Shown here: in pieces, positions 51,214 through 61,810 of the stretch
Layout: every line of letters begins with the position of its first letter
How positions within the stretch are numbered: position 1 is the stretch's first letter
Source: Andalucia godoyi And28
Taxonomy: Eukaryota > Protista > Jakobida
Direction of reading: 5' to 3'
Assembly (NCBI GenBank): GCA_009859145.1
Contig: VRVR01000001.1
Location: forward strand, 435,692-499,691
DNA: 64,000 bases
The notes under the pieces: generated by a model
Told to the model about the DNA's origin: nothing
Database searches by the model: none
What the model saw: only the letters and a program-made list of their open reading frames with translations
Made by a program: the position numbers and the translations under genes

Positions 51214-53193
51214 TCAAGCATCCGACGCTTCAGGCTCCTTTTTCGGGGAAGAATCTTCTTGTTTTCGCTTCTTCTTCCTTTTCTTTTCCGAGTCTGTGGC
51301 CTGCAGCTCACGACATATCCCTTCCGCAACGTGAAGCTCTCCCTTCATGGCTTGAATATAGGTCACGATGGAGATCATCGTCTGCGTTACGTATCCCAGT
51401 GTGTCAAATGCCTTTCCAAAGACGTCGACTGCCGTATCTTCCGAGCCTTTGCGATCCTGCTTGCGTATTCCTTCTTTTTCACACACCTCGTCGACGATGC
51501 CGACCAATCGCTCCATGGTTTCTGACAGGTATCCCATTTGCAGATCAGTTTCTGCAATTCGCGATTCTGCCATCACAAGATCATCTTCTCTTCGGCCGAG
51601 CTGCTTTTGCAGTTCCGTCGCGAGAGCTGCCTGTGCTTTCAACGGCACAAGTTGGTCGACAATACGCCTCGTTGCACGTTCTTTTTCCTCGACCTGCTGC
51701 AGAAACTGGTGCAGCTGTCCCTGGAACTTCTCGTTCTTCTCCGTTTCCAGTCTTGCCTTTGACTGCGCATTTTCATAACGCTGTCTGAAATTGTGGGTGT
51801 TTCTTTCGGACTCCGCGAGCTGAGCGTTTGTCGCTGCGAGTTTTGCTTGCAGCGAATCCACTGTTGTGCTGAGAGCATCCGCTCTGTCCCTTTCTTCTCG
51901 CAGCTTCGTGACTGCCAATCGGTGCTTCGTTGCAAGGCTGGCCAGTGCACTCGTTTGATTTCCTGCAGTGTCTGCGTCGTTCGGTGTGGATGACGACGGC
52001 TTGGCGACTGGATCTTGCACCGAGCTGGTCCTTGCGTCGCTGTCGATGAGTTGAGTGGCAACGGAATCGTCTTTGCAACACTGCTTGGTGTCTGAGGATG
52101 CTGTCTCCTTGTCGGATGCCGAAGGCGACGACGGAGCGTCCTTTGGAGCACCCTGAAGTTTCTTATTGAGAAAGCGGAGCCTCTGAATCTCTGTTTCCTT
52201 TTCTCCCACAACGTGCTGCAAATGTTGCACGTGCTGCTCGAGCGAACCTTTTGGTTTCACTGCCGACATCGATGCTTGCTGCAGCAGCAGCAGCCTGTCT
52301 CTTTCCTTGACGACCAGCTCCACCCGTTTCTCAAGTCCAGCGAACTTTTGAAGCACGTCATCCAGCATGTCGTCCTTTTCCCGGAGTGCTCTTTTCATGT
52401 CTTCCACTTGCTTGTCAGCCTCTTCCCATTTCTGCTTCATCGCTTCGCTCTCCGCTTCCACCTTTGCCCTGTTGCTCATCAACTTCTTCGCTTGTTCCGA
52501 AGCATGTATCCACTTTTCTCTGTAAAAGTCGATCCTGTACACCGATTCTCTGTTTGTGTCGTTGATGTTCGTCTGCAGCACACTCTTTTCTTTTTCCATT
52601 GCCCTCTTCATCTTTTGCATTTCCGTCGCATACATTTTTCGCTCCTGCACGATCAAGTCTATTTGCGTGGACGCTTCCTCACTTCGTTTTCGCGGAGTGT
52701 TCGTTCCTTCCTCCACGAGATCCCTGGACGTGGATGTAGTCATGGATACGGACGTGTTGTTGTTGTTGTTGTTGTTGTTGTTCGTTATCCACGAATCCGG
52801 TTCCTGCGCATTCAGATCGCGTATATCCAACGACTGTTCTACGGCCTCCACTTGACCGGTGTTGTTACAATCATTGTTACCATAGCCACTACTGCTACTA
52901 CTGCCACCAGTGTGGCTGCTGGTTTGATTGTGAACCGCCGGACTGCCATGCTCAAGCCTGATTCGCATTTCAGCATTTTGCTCATAAATGGTGTCGACTT
53001 GCTGGTTGAGGATGATGATCCTTGCGTCGCGTCGTGCCAGCTGCTTCTTCGCATTTTTCAACTCAGTCACCAGTTGATCTCTCGAATACCCAGAAAATTC
53101 CTCGGTTAAGTTCTTCTGAATTGCAGTAGAATCGGAAGGCGAAGAAAGCACCTTCTCACTGCTACCCAGAGAGCTGCCATTTCGCGCATCCAT
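51214..53193 (-). CDS. Hypothetical long coiled-coil protein
   Basis: 659-aa ORF rich in E/K/Q heptads. Confidence 0.78.
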   Translation of the reverse strand: MDARNGSSLGSSEKVLSSPSDSTAIQKNLTEEFSGYSRDQLVTELKNAKKQLARRDARIIILNQQVDTIYEQNAEMRIRLEHGSPAVHNQTSSHTGGSSSSSGYGNNDCNNTGQVEAVEQSLDIRDLNAQEPDSWITNNNNNNNNNTSVSMTTSTSRDLVEEGTNTPRKRSEEASTQIDLIVQERKMYATEMQKMKRAMEKEKSVLQTNINDTNRESVYRIDFYREKWIHASEQAKKLMSNRAKVEAESEAMKQKWEEADKQVEDMKRALREKDDMLDDVLQKFAGLEKRVELVVKERDRLLLLQQASMSAVKPKGSLEQHVQHLQHVVGEKETEIQRLRFLNKKLQGAPKDAPSSPSASDKETASSDTKQCCKDDSVATQLIDSDARTSSVQDPVAKPSSSTPNDADTAGNQTSALASLATKHRLAVTKLREERDRADALSTTVDSLQAKLAATNAQLAESERNTHNFRQRYENAQSKARLETEKNEKFQGQLHQFLQQVEEKERATRRIVDQLVPLKAQAALATELQKQLGRREDDLVMAESRIAETDLQMGYLSETMERLVGIVDEVCEKEGIRKQDRKGSEDTAVDVFGKAFDTLGYVTQTMISIVTYIQAMKGELHVAEGICRELQATDSEKKRKKKRKQEDSSPKKEPEASDA

Positions 53194-53687
53194 CGTTTGC
53201 TCAGCTTCACTATGTATGACCGTAACTCCAAAAAATAAAAATAAAAAATGGAACTCGGAAGCCGAGGTTCTCCTTTATCAAGAAGTGATCGTGAAACTCA
53301 AAAATGGAGCGAATAGTTACTGAAAGGTAAAAACGAAAAGCAAAGCAAAGCAAAGCAAAGCAAATCAAAACAAAAAAACCTTAAATCTCTTCCCGAAAAT
53401 ACACCCGTCGTAAATAACAAACAGTTCCCGTTTGTCATCAATTGATCCTTGACCATTTCGCGGGAAGCACATAAAGCACTGCGCCTCCTTTCTAAAGTTG
53501 AGCATTATCGGTGTTTCATGTTTTCCTCAAAAAGTGAAATGTATAAAATACATAATACATATAAATAAATAAGTAAATAAATAGAAAGAAGAAAAACTTG
53601 CATTTTAAGCAAAATCATCGGAACAAAGAAGGAACTGGCTAAGAAACGGGGCTAGGACATAAAGTTGTGAGAAAGGGGAAAGGCGGC

Positions 53688-56627
53688 ATGTTGGAGATTG
53701 TAGAGCGATGTTGCAAGAGTGGACATTCAGAGTCGGAGGTTCAGGCTGCGCTGGAAGAGCTCGGAGCTTTGACTCGACAGAGAACAATGTCGATATTGCA
53801 GCTTGTGGATCATGCGGAGCTGTTTCTTGTGAGCATGGACGACACGGAACGTTCGAGAGCAACGCAGATGCTCACGAAAGCACTGGAGCACTGCGATTCT
53901 TTTTGTACTACGACTGCATCTGTGACGAGTGGTACTGGTCCGAGCGAAGGCGTGATGAATGCAGATGCGCTTAGTTTTCTGGTTCAGTTTTACACGTCGA
54001 GGCTGCATGACTTTTTCTCAGTTTCGGCATTGTTGGAAGGACTTGCAGTTCTGTGCTCTAGGTTCCAGAAGCTTCGAGATCAAGATGTGCTTCCGTTGAC
54101 TCAAAGTCTGTTTGCCGACATCAAGGCTCAGTCGCTCAGTCATTCACAACGCCAGCTGCTTCTGCGACTGGTGTCGTTGATTGTGGACCGGTATCCGGAA
54201 TTTGTGGTTCAACAAAACGACGACTTTCTTGCGGGTTTCCTTTCTGCGGTTGAAAATGAAAGAGATCCGAGGTGCCTTGTGTTGGCGTTTGCCATTTCTG
54301 CTAAATTGGGATCTTTGCTTCTCGGCCCCGATGCGCCGTCGGTCGAATTAGCAGGTGATTTGTGGGAAATTCTCTCGTGCTACTTCCCAATCATGTTTAA
54401 GCCACCAAAGAACGACAAGATTGGAATTGCTCCAAAGGATCTAAGAGATGGGCTAAGAGTCGCAATGGCGTCCTCTCCACACTTTTTGCCATACCTTGTG
54501 CCATTCATGGTGGAGAAAATGCTGGTGTTGAACGGGGATGTCCTTTGCGATGCATACGATACGCTCAACTCCGCTCTAGGATTATATGATGCCAAGCAAC
54601 TTTCTCCGTATCTTGGAGAGTTGGTTTCGGCAACCACAACTTCCTTCCTGACGATTCCTCCAATGGACGACCATGTGGTTGCGTCGTGCTTGTCGTTTGT
54701 CCGCCATCTTGCGTCTGTGGGTGGCCGACAACTAGTCACCCTGTTTCTGAGGCCTGCGCTGGCATCTTTCAAGTCGCCACATTCTGCGCGGTCGGAGGAT
54801 CCGTTGCTGGCACAGAGACATGTGCATTTGGTCTGTACCCTGTTGTCCGCCTCCGAAGACTGCGCTCGGACGGTCATCAACGTTGTGCTGACGGATCTCT
54901 GTTCAGCATTTCCAGATCGTCCGCTGCCAGACGACCGATCATTCTTCTTGCACGTCATGGAAAGTTTAGCGCTTGCTGCAGCAGCTTCCAATTTCATGCA
55001 TATTTTGGACAATCTGCAAATGAAAACGATGCTATTGTCCACGTTTTCCATTGCAGAGGAGAATTCCGCGTCTGATGTTCGGATGCTGGTTGCGTCCACA
55101 CAAACCCGGACTGTCTTCTATGCAATTCCAGGTTTTGTGGATACTCCCGACGACGCTCGAAACTGCATCCGACGTCTTGTCTTGTGGTTGGGCCTCCCGC
55201 CAGCGGAGGTCAAAGGGGACGGACACGTTCTAGCATCGTTGCAGAAGGTTTTGAATTTTATCGCAGCATCGAAGAATTCCGCGCTGTTGAGCGACCAGTT
55301 GCCCGAATTACTGGCCTATGCACTGGAACATTCCGAAATTGCCCCTCGCTTCATCAGTTCGCTTGTTTCGGCTGCAGTAGCTTCGTCAGTGTTTCGTGCG
55401 TCACTGGCAGAGCAACTGCTGCTTCTTCCGCAGAGTCTCCCATTTTGTTTTCTCGAAGCTCTTGCCAAACTAGCAGAGTTGCAGTTTTCTGATGCGGCGA
55501 AGCTGGCAATGTTTTCTATGGATCATTTGCTTGCGAGCTTCCAAGTGGACACTCAGTTGGTGTTTGCTTGTGCGTTGTTTGCACGCCAGTGCTCACAGCC
55601 GGTGCTGGAATCCATCTGGGATTGTCTTCGGTCTGTTCTAGACGATTCTGCAGCTTGGTTGATGCATGTTAGCGGAATGACGGGCCGTCCGTCTCGAGTC
55701 GCATGCGGCCCAACCCCTGCAGCATTCTTTGCAGCAATATCAGCACTGTGCGCAGCATTGCCGAATCCCGTGGCCTTGCAGATTGCAGAGGATGTTTTCG
55801 CACGCGTCAGATCAACGCAATCATTGGATTTTTGGTCCTCCCGAGCACTGTCCATCGTGATGAACAAGTCTTCTGACGCCGATTGTGAATGGCTTGTGAG
55901 CAGCCATGCTTCCGACCTCTTGTCGGCTTTTCCAAACACATTGTTCCCCTGGATTGTGAAGGCGTTTGTCACACGCAACGATTCACGTGCCTACAGTGAG
56001 TTTGTTCCGCGGCTGTTGGAGAATTTGTCGCGATCGTCGGTTGCCATTGTTCTTGACGACTCACCTCTTATGCTGTATTCTGTCGCCTTGTTTCAGTCGA
56101 ATATCTCTGTCCTTTATCGGCAGCGTTTTTTCATGACTGTGCTACCTCTGCTGTTGTCGAAGATCGATGCGATGGAGCCTTCGCACGACATGTCCGTTTG
56201 CATCGCCAACCTTGCCGATCTCTGCTCGCACGTTCCGTTTTCCGTCCTTTCCCAGCACGTCCAGCTCGTTGTGCAGAGCTTAGCGCAGATTCTGAGTTCG
56301 GAGTCCTGGAGCGGGGATGCAGCTGGGCTGGAGAACGTTTTGGCCACCTGTCGGGAGTTCGTGATCAATTCTCCTTTGATATTTTCGAAAGACATTCGAA
56401 TGTGGATTGACATTGTTTCTCGACATCTTACTCACTCTTCCATGACTGTGAGGATTGCTGCCGTCCGAGTGCTTCATCGAATGGCTCTCACGCTGGAGAC
56501 CGCAATTACCTCACCCTACAAGAAGCTCGTCTCGGATCGCTTGAGGGTGCTCCTCGACGATCGCAAGCGGCCCGTTCGCATTGAGGCCGCGAATGCGCGC
56601 AGCCATTGGGTGATGTTGGTTGACTGA
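53688..56627 (+). CDS. MMS19: MMS19/MET18 cytosolic Fe-S assembly HEAT-repeat scaffold
   Basis: ENERDPRCLVLAF, LSCYFPIMFKPP..DL..LR, C-terminal LDDRKRPVRIEAANARSHW. Confidence 0.88.
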   Translation: MLEIVERCCKSGHSESEVQAALEELGALTRQRTMSILQLVDHAELFLVSMDDTERSRATQMLTKALEHCDSFCTTTASVTSGTGPSEGVMNADALSFLVQFYTSRLHDFFSVSALLEGLAVLCSRFQKLRDQDVLPLTQSLFADIKAQSLSHSQRQLLLRLVSLIVDRYPEFVVQQNDDFLAGFLSAVENERDPRCLVLAFAISAKLGSLLLGPDAPSVELAGDLWEILSCYFPIMFKPPKNDKIGIAPKDLRDGLRVAMASSPHFLPYLVPFMVEKMLVLNGDVLCDAYDTLNSALGLYDAKQLSPYLGELVSATTTSFLTIPPMDDHVVASCLSFVRHLASVGGRQLVTLFLRPALASFKSPHSARSEDPLLAQRHVHLVCTLLSASEDCARTVINVVLTDLCSAFPDRPLPDDRSFFLHVMESLALAAAASNFMHILDNLQMKTMLLSTFSIAEENSASDVRMLVASTQTRTVFYAIPGFVDTPDDARNCIRRLVLWLGLPPAEVKGDGHVLASLQKVLNFIAASKNSALLSDQLPELLAYALEHSEIAPRFISSLVSAAVASSVFRASLAEQLLLLPQSLPFCFLEALAKLAELQFSDAAKLAMFSMDHLLASFQVDTQLVFACALFARQCSQPVLESIWDCLRSVLDDSAAWLMHVSGMTGRPSRVACGPTPAAFFAAISALCAALPNPVALQIAEDVFARVRSTQSLDFWSSRALSIVMNKSSDADCEWLVSSHASDLLSAFPNTLFPWIVKAFVTRNDSRAYSEFVPRLLENLSRSSVAIVLDDSPLMLYSVALFQSNISVLYRQRFFMTVLPLLLSKIDAMEPSHDMSVCIANLADLCSHVPFSVLSQHVQLVVQSLAQILSSESWSGDAAGLENVLATCREFVINSPLIFSKDIRMWIDIVSRHLTHSSMTVRIAAVRVLHRMALTLETAITSPYKKLVSDRLRVLLDDRKRPVRIEAANARSHWVMLVD

Positions 56628-56834
56628 CATGCATGTGGCGAAGTGCAGCGCAACGGAACAATGAGGTATGCATGGCACACACGCGGACACCCACACGGAT
56701 GTAGTAGTTTTTTCCGCTCTTTCTCCGCACAAAAAAAATAAATAAATAATAATAATAAAAATGTCTGTACAATACAAGAAGAGCAGGAATACTGTTATCC
56801 GGCCGGTGAAGCCATTTATTTTCAATGGAGACTT

Positions 56835-57942
56835 TTAGTCGTTTTTCACCAGCCAGGGAAGGGCGTCCAAATCGACGTTACCTCCCGATATCACTACAGC
56901 GACATTCTTGAGATTGAATTCGCGTGCAACTGCTCGAAACTCTGGCGTCATGACTGCTGCCACTGTCACTGCCGACGACGGTTCAATCACCAACTTGCAT
57001 CTTTCAAACACCATCTTCATCCAGTGCACAATCTCCTTCTCCGACACGGTAAACACGCCATCGACGAGTCTTGAAATGACATCCCAGTTGCGCAGCCCAA
57101 TTGTTGTCTTCAGACCGTCTGCAATGGTGTCAGGAGTCTTGGACAACGGCGTTCGGACTCCGTTGCGAAGCGACAACCATGCGTCGTTCGCCTCTTCGGG
57201 CTCTGCTCCAAAGACCTTGATTCCTGGCTTCAAAGCCTTTGCGGCAATCGCAATACCTGACAGCAGTCCACCGCCACCACAGCACGTGATGATGGCATCC
57301 ACATCGCCACACTGTTCCAGGATTTCCAGAGCCACCGTTCCCTGTCCCGCAATGACTCGGTCATCATCATACGGAGGGATCATGGTAGCCCCAGTTTCCA
57401 GCATCACCTTTGCGGCAGTTTCCTCTCGAGACTGCTGTGTCGGTTCGCACTGAATAACCTTACCTCCATAGCTCTCCACAGCCAGCTTCTTCACTTTGAG
57501 AGCATTCCGCGGCATCACAATATATGCTGGTATTTGCAGCGTCTTCGCAGCTGCCGCCAATGCACCCGCATGATTTCCAGAGGAATGCGTAATCACTCCG
57601 TTCATCCGTTCTTCGGCACTCAGCAGCAGCGCCGCATTGAACGCCCCTCGAGCTTTGAATGCACCGCACTTTTGCAGCGCTTCATTCTTGATGACCAGAT
57701 GAAGCCCATCCGTTTGCGAATCAAGAAATTCTGTCATCCTTGCACATCCGCTTGTCAGCAACTCACAACACAGACAGGGAAAAGACAGAAAAACCAGCTG
57801 TAAAAAAAATAAAACCAAGGGGAAAAAAAGATATCGTACCTGACGTAAACACCGGGGTCTTGTGGATAAACGGCTGGATCCGCCGATGTGCTTGTTGAAT
57901 GTCCTCAATGCAAACACCGCAGTTCACTCGATCGCTCGCCAT
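56835..57942 (-). CDS. PLP-dependent serine racemase / Ser-Thr dehydratase; exons 57942-57840 and 57730-56835
   Basis: IHKTPV; KNEALQKCGAFKARGA; SSGNHA; PPYDD; GQGT; GGGGLLSG; TIADGL; IEPSSA; SGGNVD; intron GTACGA...GACAG. Confidence 0.9.
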
Positions 57943-58407
57943 TCTACCGCCCTTCTTTTTCTTCTCCGACTGTATCACTAGTTCTTCGGGCGTCGGGCTC
58001 CTCGTTCTAGCCGTCGCTGTCCGAATTCTTGGCCTTTATGAGCATCATTATGGTGAGTGCGTGTGTGTGTGTGTGAGAGAGAGAGAGCACGGAAAAAAGG
58101 TCCGGCAGTCCTTCCGAGATTAGGGTTTCTTTCGGCCCTATTTTGTTTAATCGGGCTCGGTTTTATTTTCCTTTTTTCCTTTTTTTTTTGTTGCGCCGTT
58201 TTGTTTTCCATTGCGATATTTATTACATGCAGGCTTCTCCTCTCGCTTTTCTTTGAGAAACATTCAAAAATTAAAAAAAGCAGAGGAAATTTAGTTTTCC
58301 AGTTTCCGTGAAGGACACACTCAATTGGAGCGTGATAAATCAGCAAATTTATTACACACGTATATTTTGGTCGGGGGGTTTAGGGTTTCTTTTTTCTCCG
58401 ATTGGGA

Positions 58408-59586
58408 ATGGGTGAGAACAGCGGGATGATACCCACTACGTCCGTTTACGAAGCGGAGAATCTGGCGGCAATTCGTGGGCGGCCGTCGATTTCTGATCGT
58501 CGAAAGCTGGCCATGAAAGCTAGACGGCTGTTGCAGCTTGCGGATGCAGAGAGGCTCAAGGAGAGTGGTTCATCGCTGGCTGCGTCGGCACCGGCATCGT
58601 CGTCGCCGTCGTCGTCGTCGTTGTTGTTGTCGGAGAACCAGAGCAATGGGATCGATCTCCATGTTTCAAATGCAGGTAGCTCCAGCGCTGATGCATCGAA
58701 CGTGTCTTCTTCTCAAGCAGGAGACGAGTCAGAGACAGAAAATGAGGATCGCAGTGCAACGAGAAAACGTGGTCGGCCGCGGATGACGAACGCGGAAAAG
58801 TATGAGGCAGCAGCCCGAAGGATTGTTCGACAGCTGATGATGCTCGGTACTGCTGGCATGCACTTGGGCATGAATTGGAATCAACCAGAAGACAATCAAT
58901 CCCGTCCCTTTGACTCCTCTTCTGCGTCGACTGCGTCTTCTTCTTCTTCTTCTTCTTCTTCTTCTGCTGCTTCTTCTTCTTCTGCTGCTGCTGCTGCTGC
59001 TGCTGCTTCTACCTCGTCGGCACCATCATCGCTGTCAACAGCGATGACTGCAACAGCAACTTCGGCAAGCTTGCCAGTTTCTGGTTCGTCGACTGCGAGT
59101 TCCGGTTCCGCAACTTCTGCAGAGAGTGTAGGGCAAGCGACATCTTCCCCTACGCTACCTGGCCTCACTTGCAGGTTTGGAAGTGCTCCGGATCGCTTGT
59201 CTGCGGCATCAAGCGTCGCGGAAGTGTCAGCGCTACCTTCTGCAATCGGTAATACTTCGAGCGCAGGATCCGGGTGTGAGATGGTGCAATTGTCGAATTC
59301 GTCGCTTGCGGGTCTCCGAACCGATGAATACGTGACTCCGGTTGCTGGATCTTTGCGGAAGCGAGAGCTGGGACTGCGGAAAAGGCCAGGGCACCGCAGT
59401 GGGAAGCGGTCCCGCACCGTCCGTCTGAGTGGCGGGGACTCTGCAGATGCAGACGAGTTTGGGGACGATTTGCATGATGTAGATGCCGCGGATTCAAATG
59501 AAGATGGAGATGGCACCGACAACGAGGAAGATGCCGATCACGAGGAAGCCAGCGTTGCAGACCACCACATCGTTGCGTCCCTGTAG
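58408..59586 (+). CDS. Low-complexity protein with AT-hook motif
   Basis: RKRGRPR AT-hook; basic NLS-like and acidic tracts. Confidence 0.65.
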   Translation: MGENSGMIPTTSVYEAENLAAIRGRPSISDRRKLAMKARRLLQLADAERLKESGSSLAASAPASSSPSSSSLLLSENQSNGIDLHVSNAGSSSADASNVSSSQAGDESETENEDRSATRKRGRPRMTNAEKYEAAARRIVRQLMMLGTAGMHLGMNWNQPEDNQSRPFDSSSASTASSSSSSSSSSAASSSSAAAAAAAASTSSAPSSLSTAMTATATSASLPVSGSSTASSGSATSAESVGQATSSPTLPGLTCRFGSAPDRLSAASSVAEVSALPSAIGNTSSAGSGCEMVQLSNSSLAGLRTDEYVTPVAGSLRKRELGLRKRPGHRSGKRSRTVRLSGGDSADADEFGDDLHDVDAADSNEDGDGTDNEEDADHEEASVADHHIVASL

Positions 59587-59875
59587 TGTGTGCGAAAAGA
59601 AAGGCTCCGACATTTGTAAAACGCAAATGCGGGAAGGGGAAAAGGAAATAGAAAGCGAGGTTGCGAGATTCAATGGCACAGGTTCTCTTTACACACAAAG
59701 TCATGCATGGCATGCTCCTATTCATGTAATATTTTCGCATATACTTCTTAGCTCTGCGGTACGTTCCGCGAATTTTTTTTCTTTTTTTCTTTTTTTCTTT
59801 TTTTTGGGTTGCAAGGGAAGAAAGAATTGGACACATAACAGCGGAAGCGCGAAGAAACATGAATGGGACGAACAA

Positions 59876-61297
59876 TTACTGTTTCAATCGCTTGTTCTTC
59901 AGGACAATAAAGTTTGTATCCTCAAGTGCTTGTTGCAGAAAAGGATGCGCAAGAAGCTCGGTCATGTCTGCTCGGGCAGCGGGGTCCTTCACAAAGCAGC
60001 GCTTCAGAAAGTGGTGGAATTCTGGAGACCACTTTGCCTTGTCCTTGAGCTCTGGTGGTCCTTGGGTGGCGATCATGAACAGCGCACGCAGGGGCGGCAA
60101 GTCCAACAGAGGGGGCTCTCCTTCGGCCATCTCAAGCGCCATGATTCCCAAGCTCCATACATCGCACTTGAAATCATACGACTGGCCGCGGATCACCTCC
60201 GGGGCCATCCAGTACGGAGTTCCGACGACTGATTTTCTCTTTGCGGCCATGTCCGTCAGTTCTGCGCAGAACCCAAAGTCTGCGATCTTGATCTCTCCTT
60301 TTGGTCCAATCAGCAAGTTATCCGACTTGATATCGCGGTGGACAAACTTCTTATCGTGCATATACTTAAGGGCCAGGATGGATTCTCTGCAGACTGTGGC
60401 GACTTCAGGCTCGGTCAGCTGCACCTCATACAACAAGTCAGTCAATTTTCCGCCTGGCATGAGATCCATCACGATCCAAAGCTCATCCTCGACCTTGTAC
60501 GCTCCGTAGTACCGCACAACATTTGGATGCTGGCATGCCTGCATGGTGGCCAGCTCATTCACCAGTGCCTCGACCTTGGTGTCCTTCTTCATGTTAATTA
60601 CCTTGACGGCAACATCAATCTTCTTTTTCGCATACGACGCGCGATATACGCAGCCCGACGAGCCTTCGTCCAGCTTGACCATTTTCGAAAACAGCTGCCT
60701 CGGATCACCCTTTGCAATCAGGTCGTCAAGCGTCATCTGGTCCGGAGAAAAGACAGCCTTGCGTGTCTTTGGTCCGTCCATCGTATACTGCAGCACATCC
60801 ACCACGGCATCTGTGTGATCCTTCATTTCCTTTGCCGAAAAATCCGACATCTCAAGCATGACTTGCAAGTCGGAGGGCAATCCCTGCAGCGTCCCGGAAG
60901 TCTCGTCGAAGTACACGTGGATTTTTCTCTGGAACCCAAACGGCCTCGATATGTTCATTGTTTCCGAGCCGCCCCCCATTGTGGCGGTTTTCTTGTGTTT
61001 TGAATCGCCATTCGACGACTGTGATTGTGATTGTGATTGCGCCGAAGACGACGAAGATGACGAAGACTGAGGAGGTGGTGAAGGTGACGTCACTGGCTTG
61101 AGCTCAGGAGGAAGCGTCTCGGAGCTCACAAAGTCTCGAGCAGGCCGACCAACATTGAACTTGGCCCATTCCTCAGGCAACCCTTTCAGCTCGCCCGTCT
61201 CAGGATCAACCTCGACATGAATTCCGCGCTGGAAAGCAGACGGCGCAGATATCGAAGCAGAATTGGGTGTTGATCCCGGCGGCGGACTCGAAGACAT
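59876..61297 (-). CDS. PAK/STE20-family kinase with two CRIB motifs
   Basis: ISAPSAFQRGIHV and ISRPFGFQRKIHV; VAVK, HRDIKSDN, DFG, KRKSVVGTPYWMAPE. Confidence 0.9.
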   Translation of the reverse strand: MSSSPPPGSTPNSASISAPSAFQRGIHVEVDPETGELKGLPEEWAKFNVGRPARDFVSSETLPPELKPVTSPSPPPQSSSSSSSSAQSQSQSQSSNGDSKHKKTATMGGGSETMNISRPFGFQRKIHVYFDETSGTLQGLPSDLQVMLEMSDFSAKEMKDHTDAVVDVLQYTMDGPKTRKAVFSPDQMTLDDLIAKGDPRQLFSKMVKLDEGSSGCVYRASYAKKKIDVAVKVINMKKDTKVEALVNELATMQACQHPNVVRYYGAYKVEDELWIVMDLMPGGKLTDLLYEVQLTEPEVATVCRESILALKYMHDKKFVHRDIKSDNLLIGPKGEIKIADFGFCAELTDMAAKRKSVVGTPYWMAPEVIRGQSYDFKCDVWSLGIMALEMAEGEPPLLDLPPLRALFMIATQGPPELKDKAKWSPEFHHFLKRCFVKDPAARADMTELLAHPFLQQALEDTNFIVLKNKRLKQ

Positions 61298-61810
61298 TTT
61301 TCTTTCTTTTCTTAAAAAGAAACCAAAGAAAATAAATAGATAAATAAATTAAAATAGTTCCATAAATTAAAAAAAGACTCTTCAATGCTGTGTGATTTGC
61401 TGGGTTTTGCAACAGATCAATACAGATGGTTGGTGAACGACTGCATAGCGATGATTCTCCGTTGCGTTTTGTTTTTTCTGTGAGGGTAAATTCAGGTGGA
61501 GTCCAAGTCGGAGGGATATGTCCCCGATTTTAAAAATTCGGGAACGGCAAAATATATCATAAAACAAAAATTAAAAGAAAACCGTTCTTTTGGGTTCCAT
61601 TAGAATTCCGAATCCGGAACATGGTTTTGTGCTTTGTGCGCTGCTCACTTGCACTCTGAATGATTTCTTGTGTTGCCTTTTTCTTTTCCCTTTTGGATGG
61701 CTGATCTGTTCTTTTGGAGGGGGTTTGCGTTTTTTCCCCTTCTTTTTCGATTGGTTCCCAGAAGAATCAAAGAAAGAAGGAAAGAAAGAAAGAAAAAACA
61801 GAAGAGGGGA

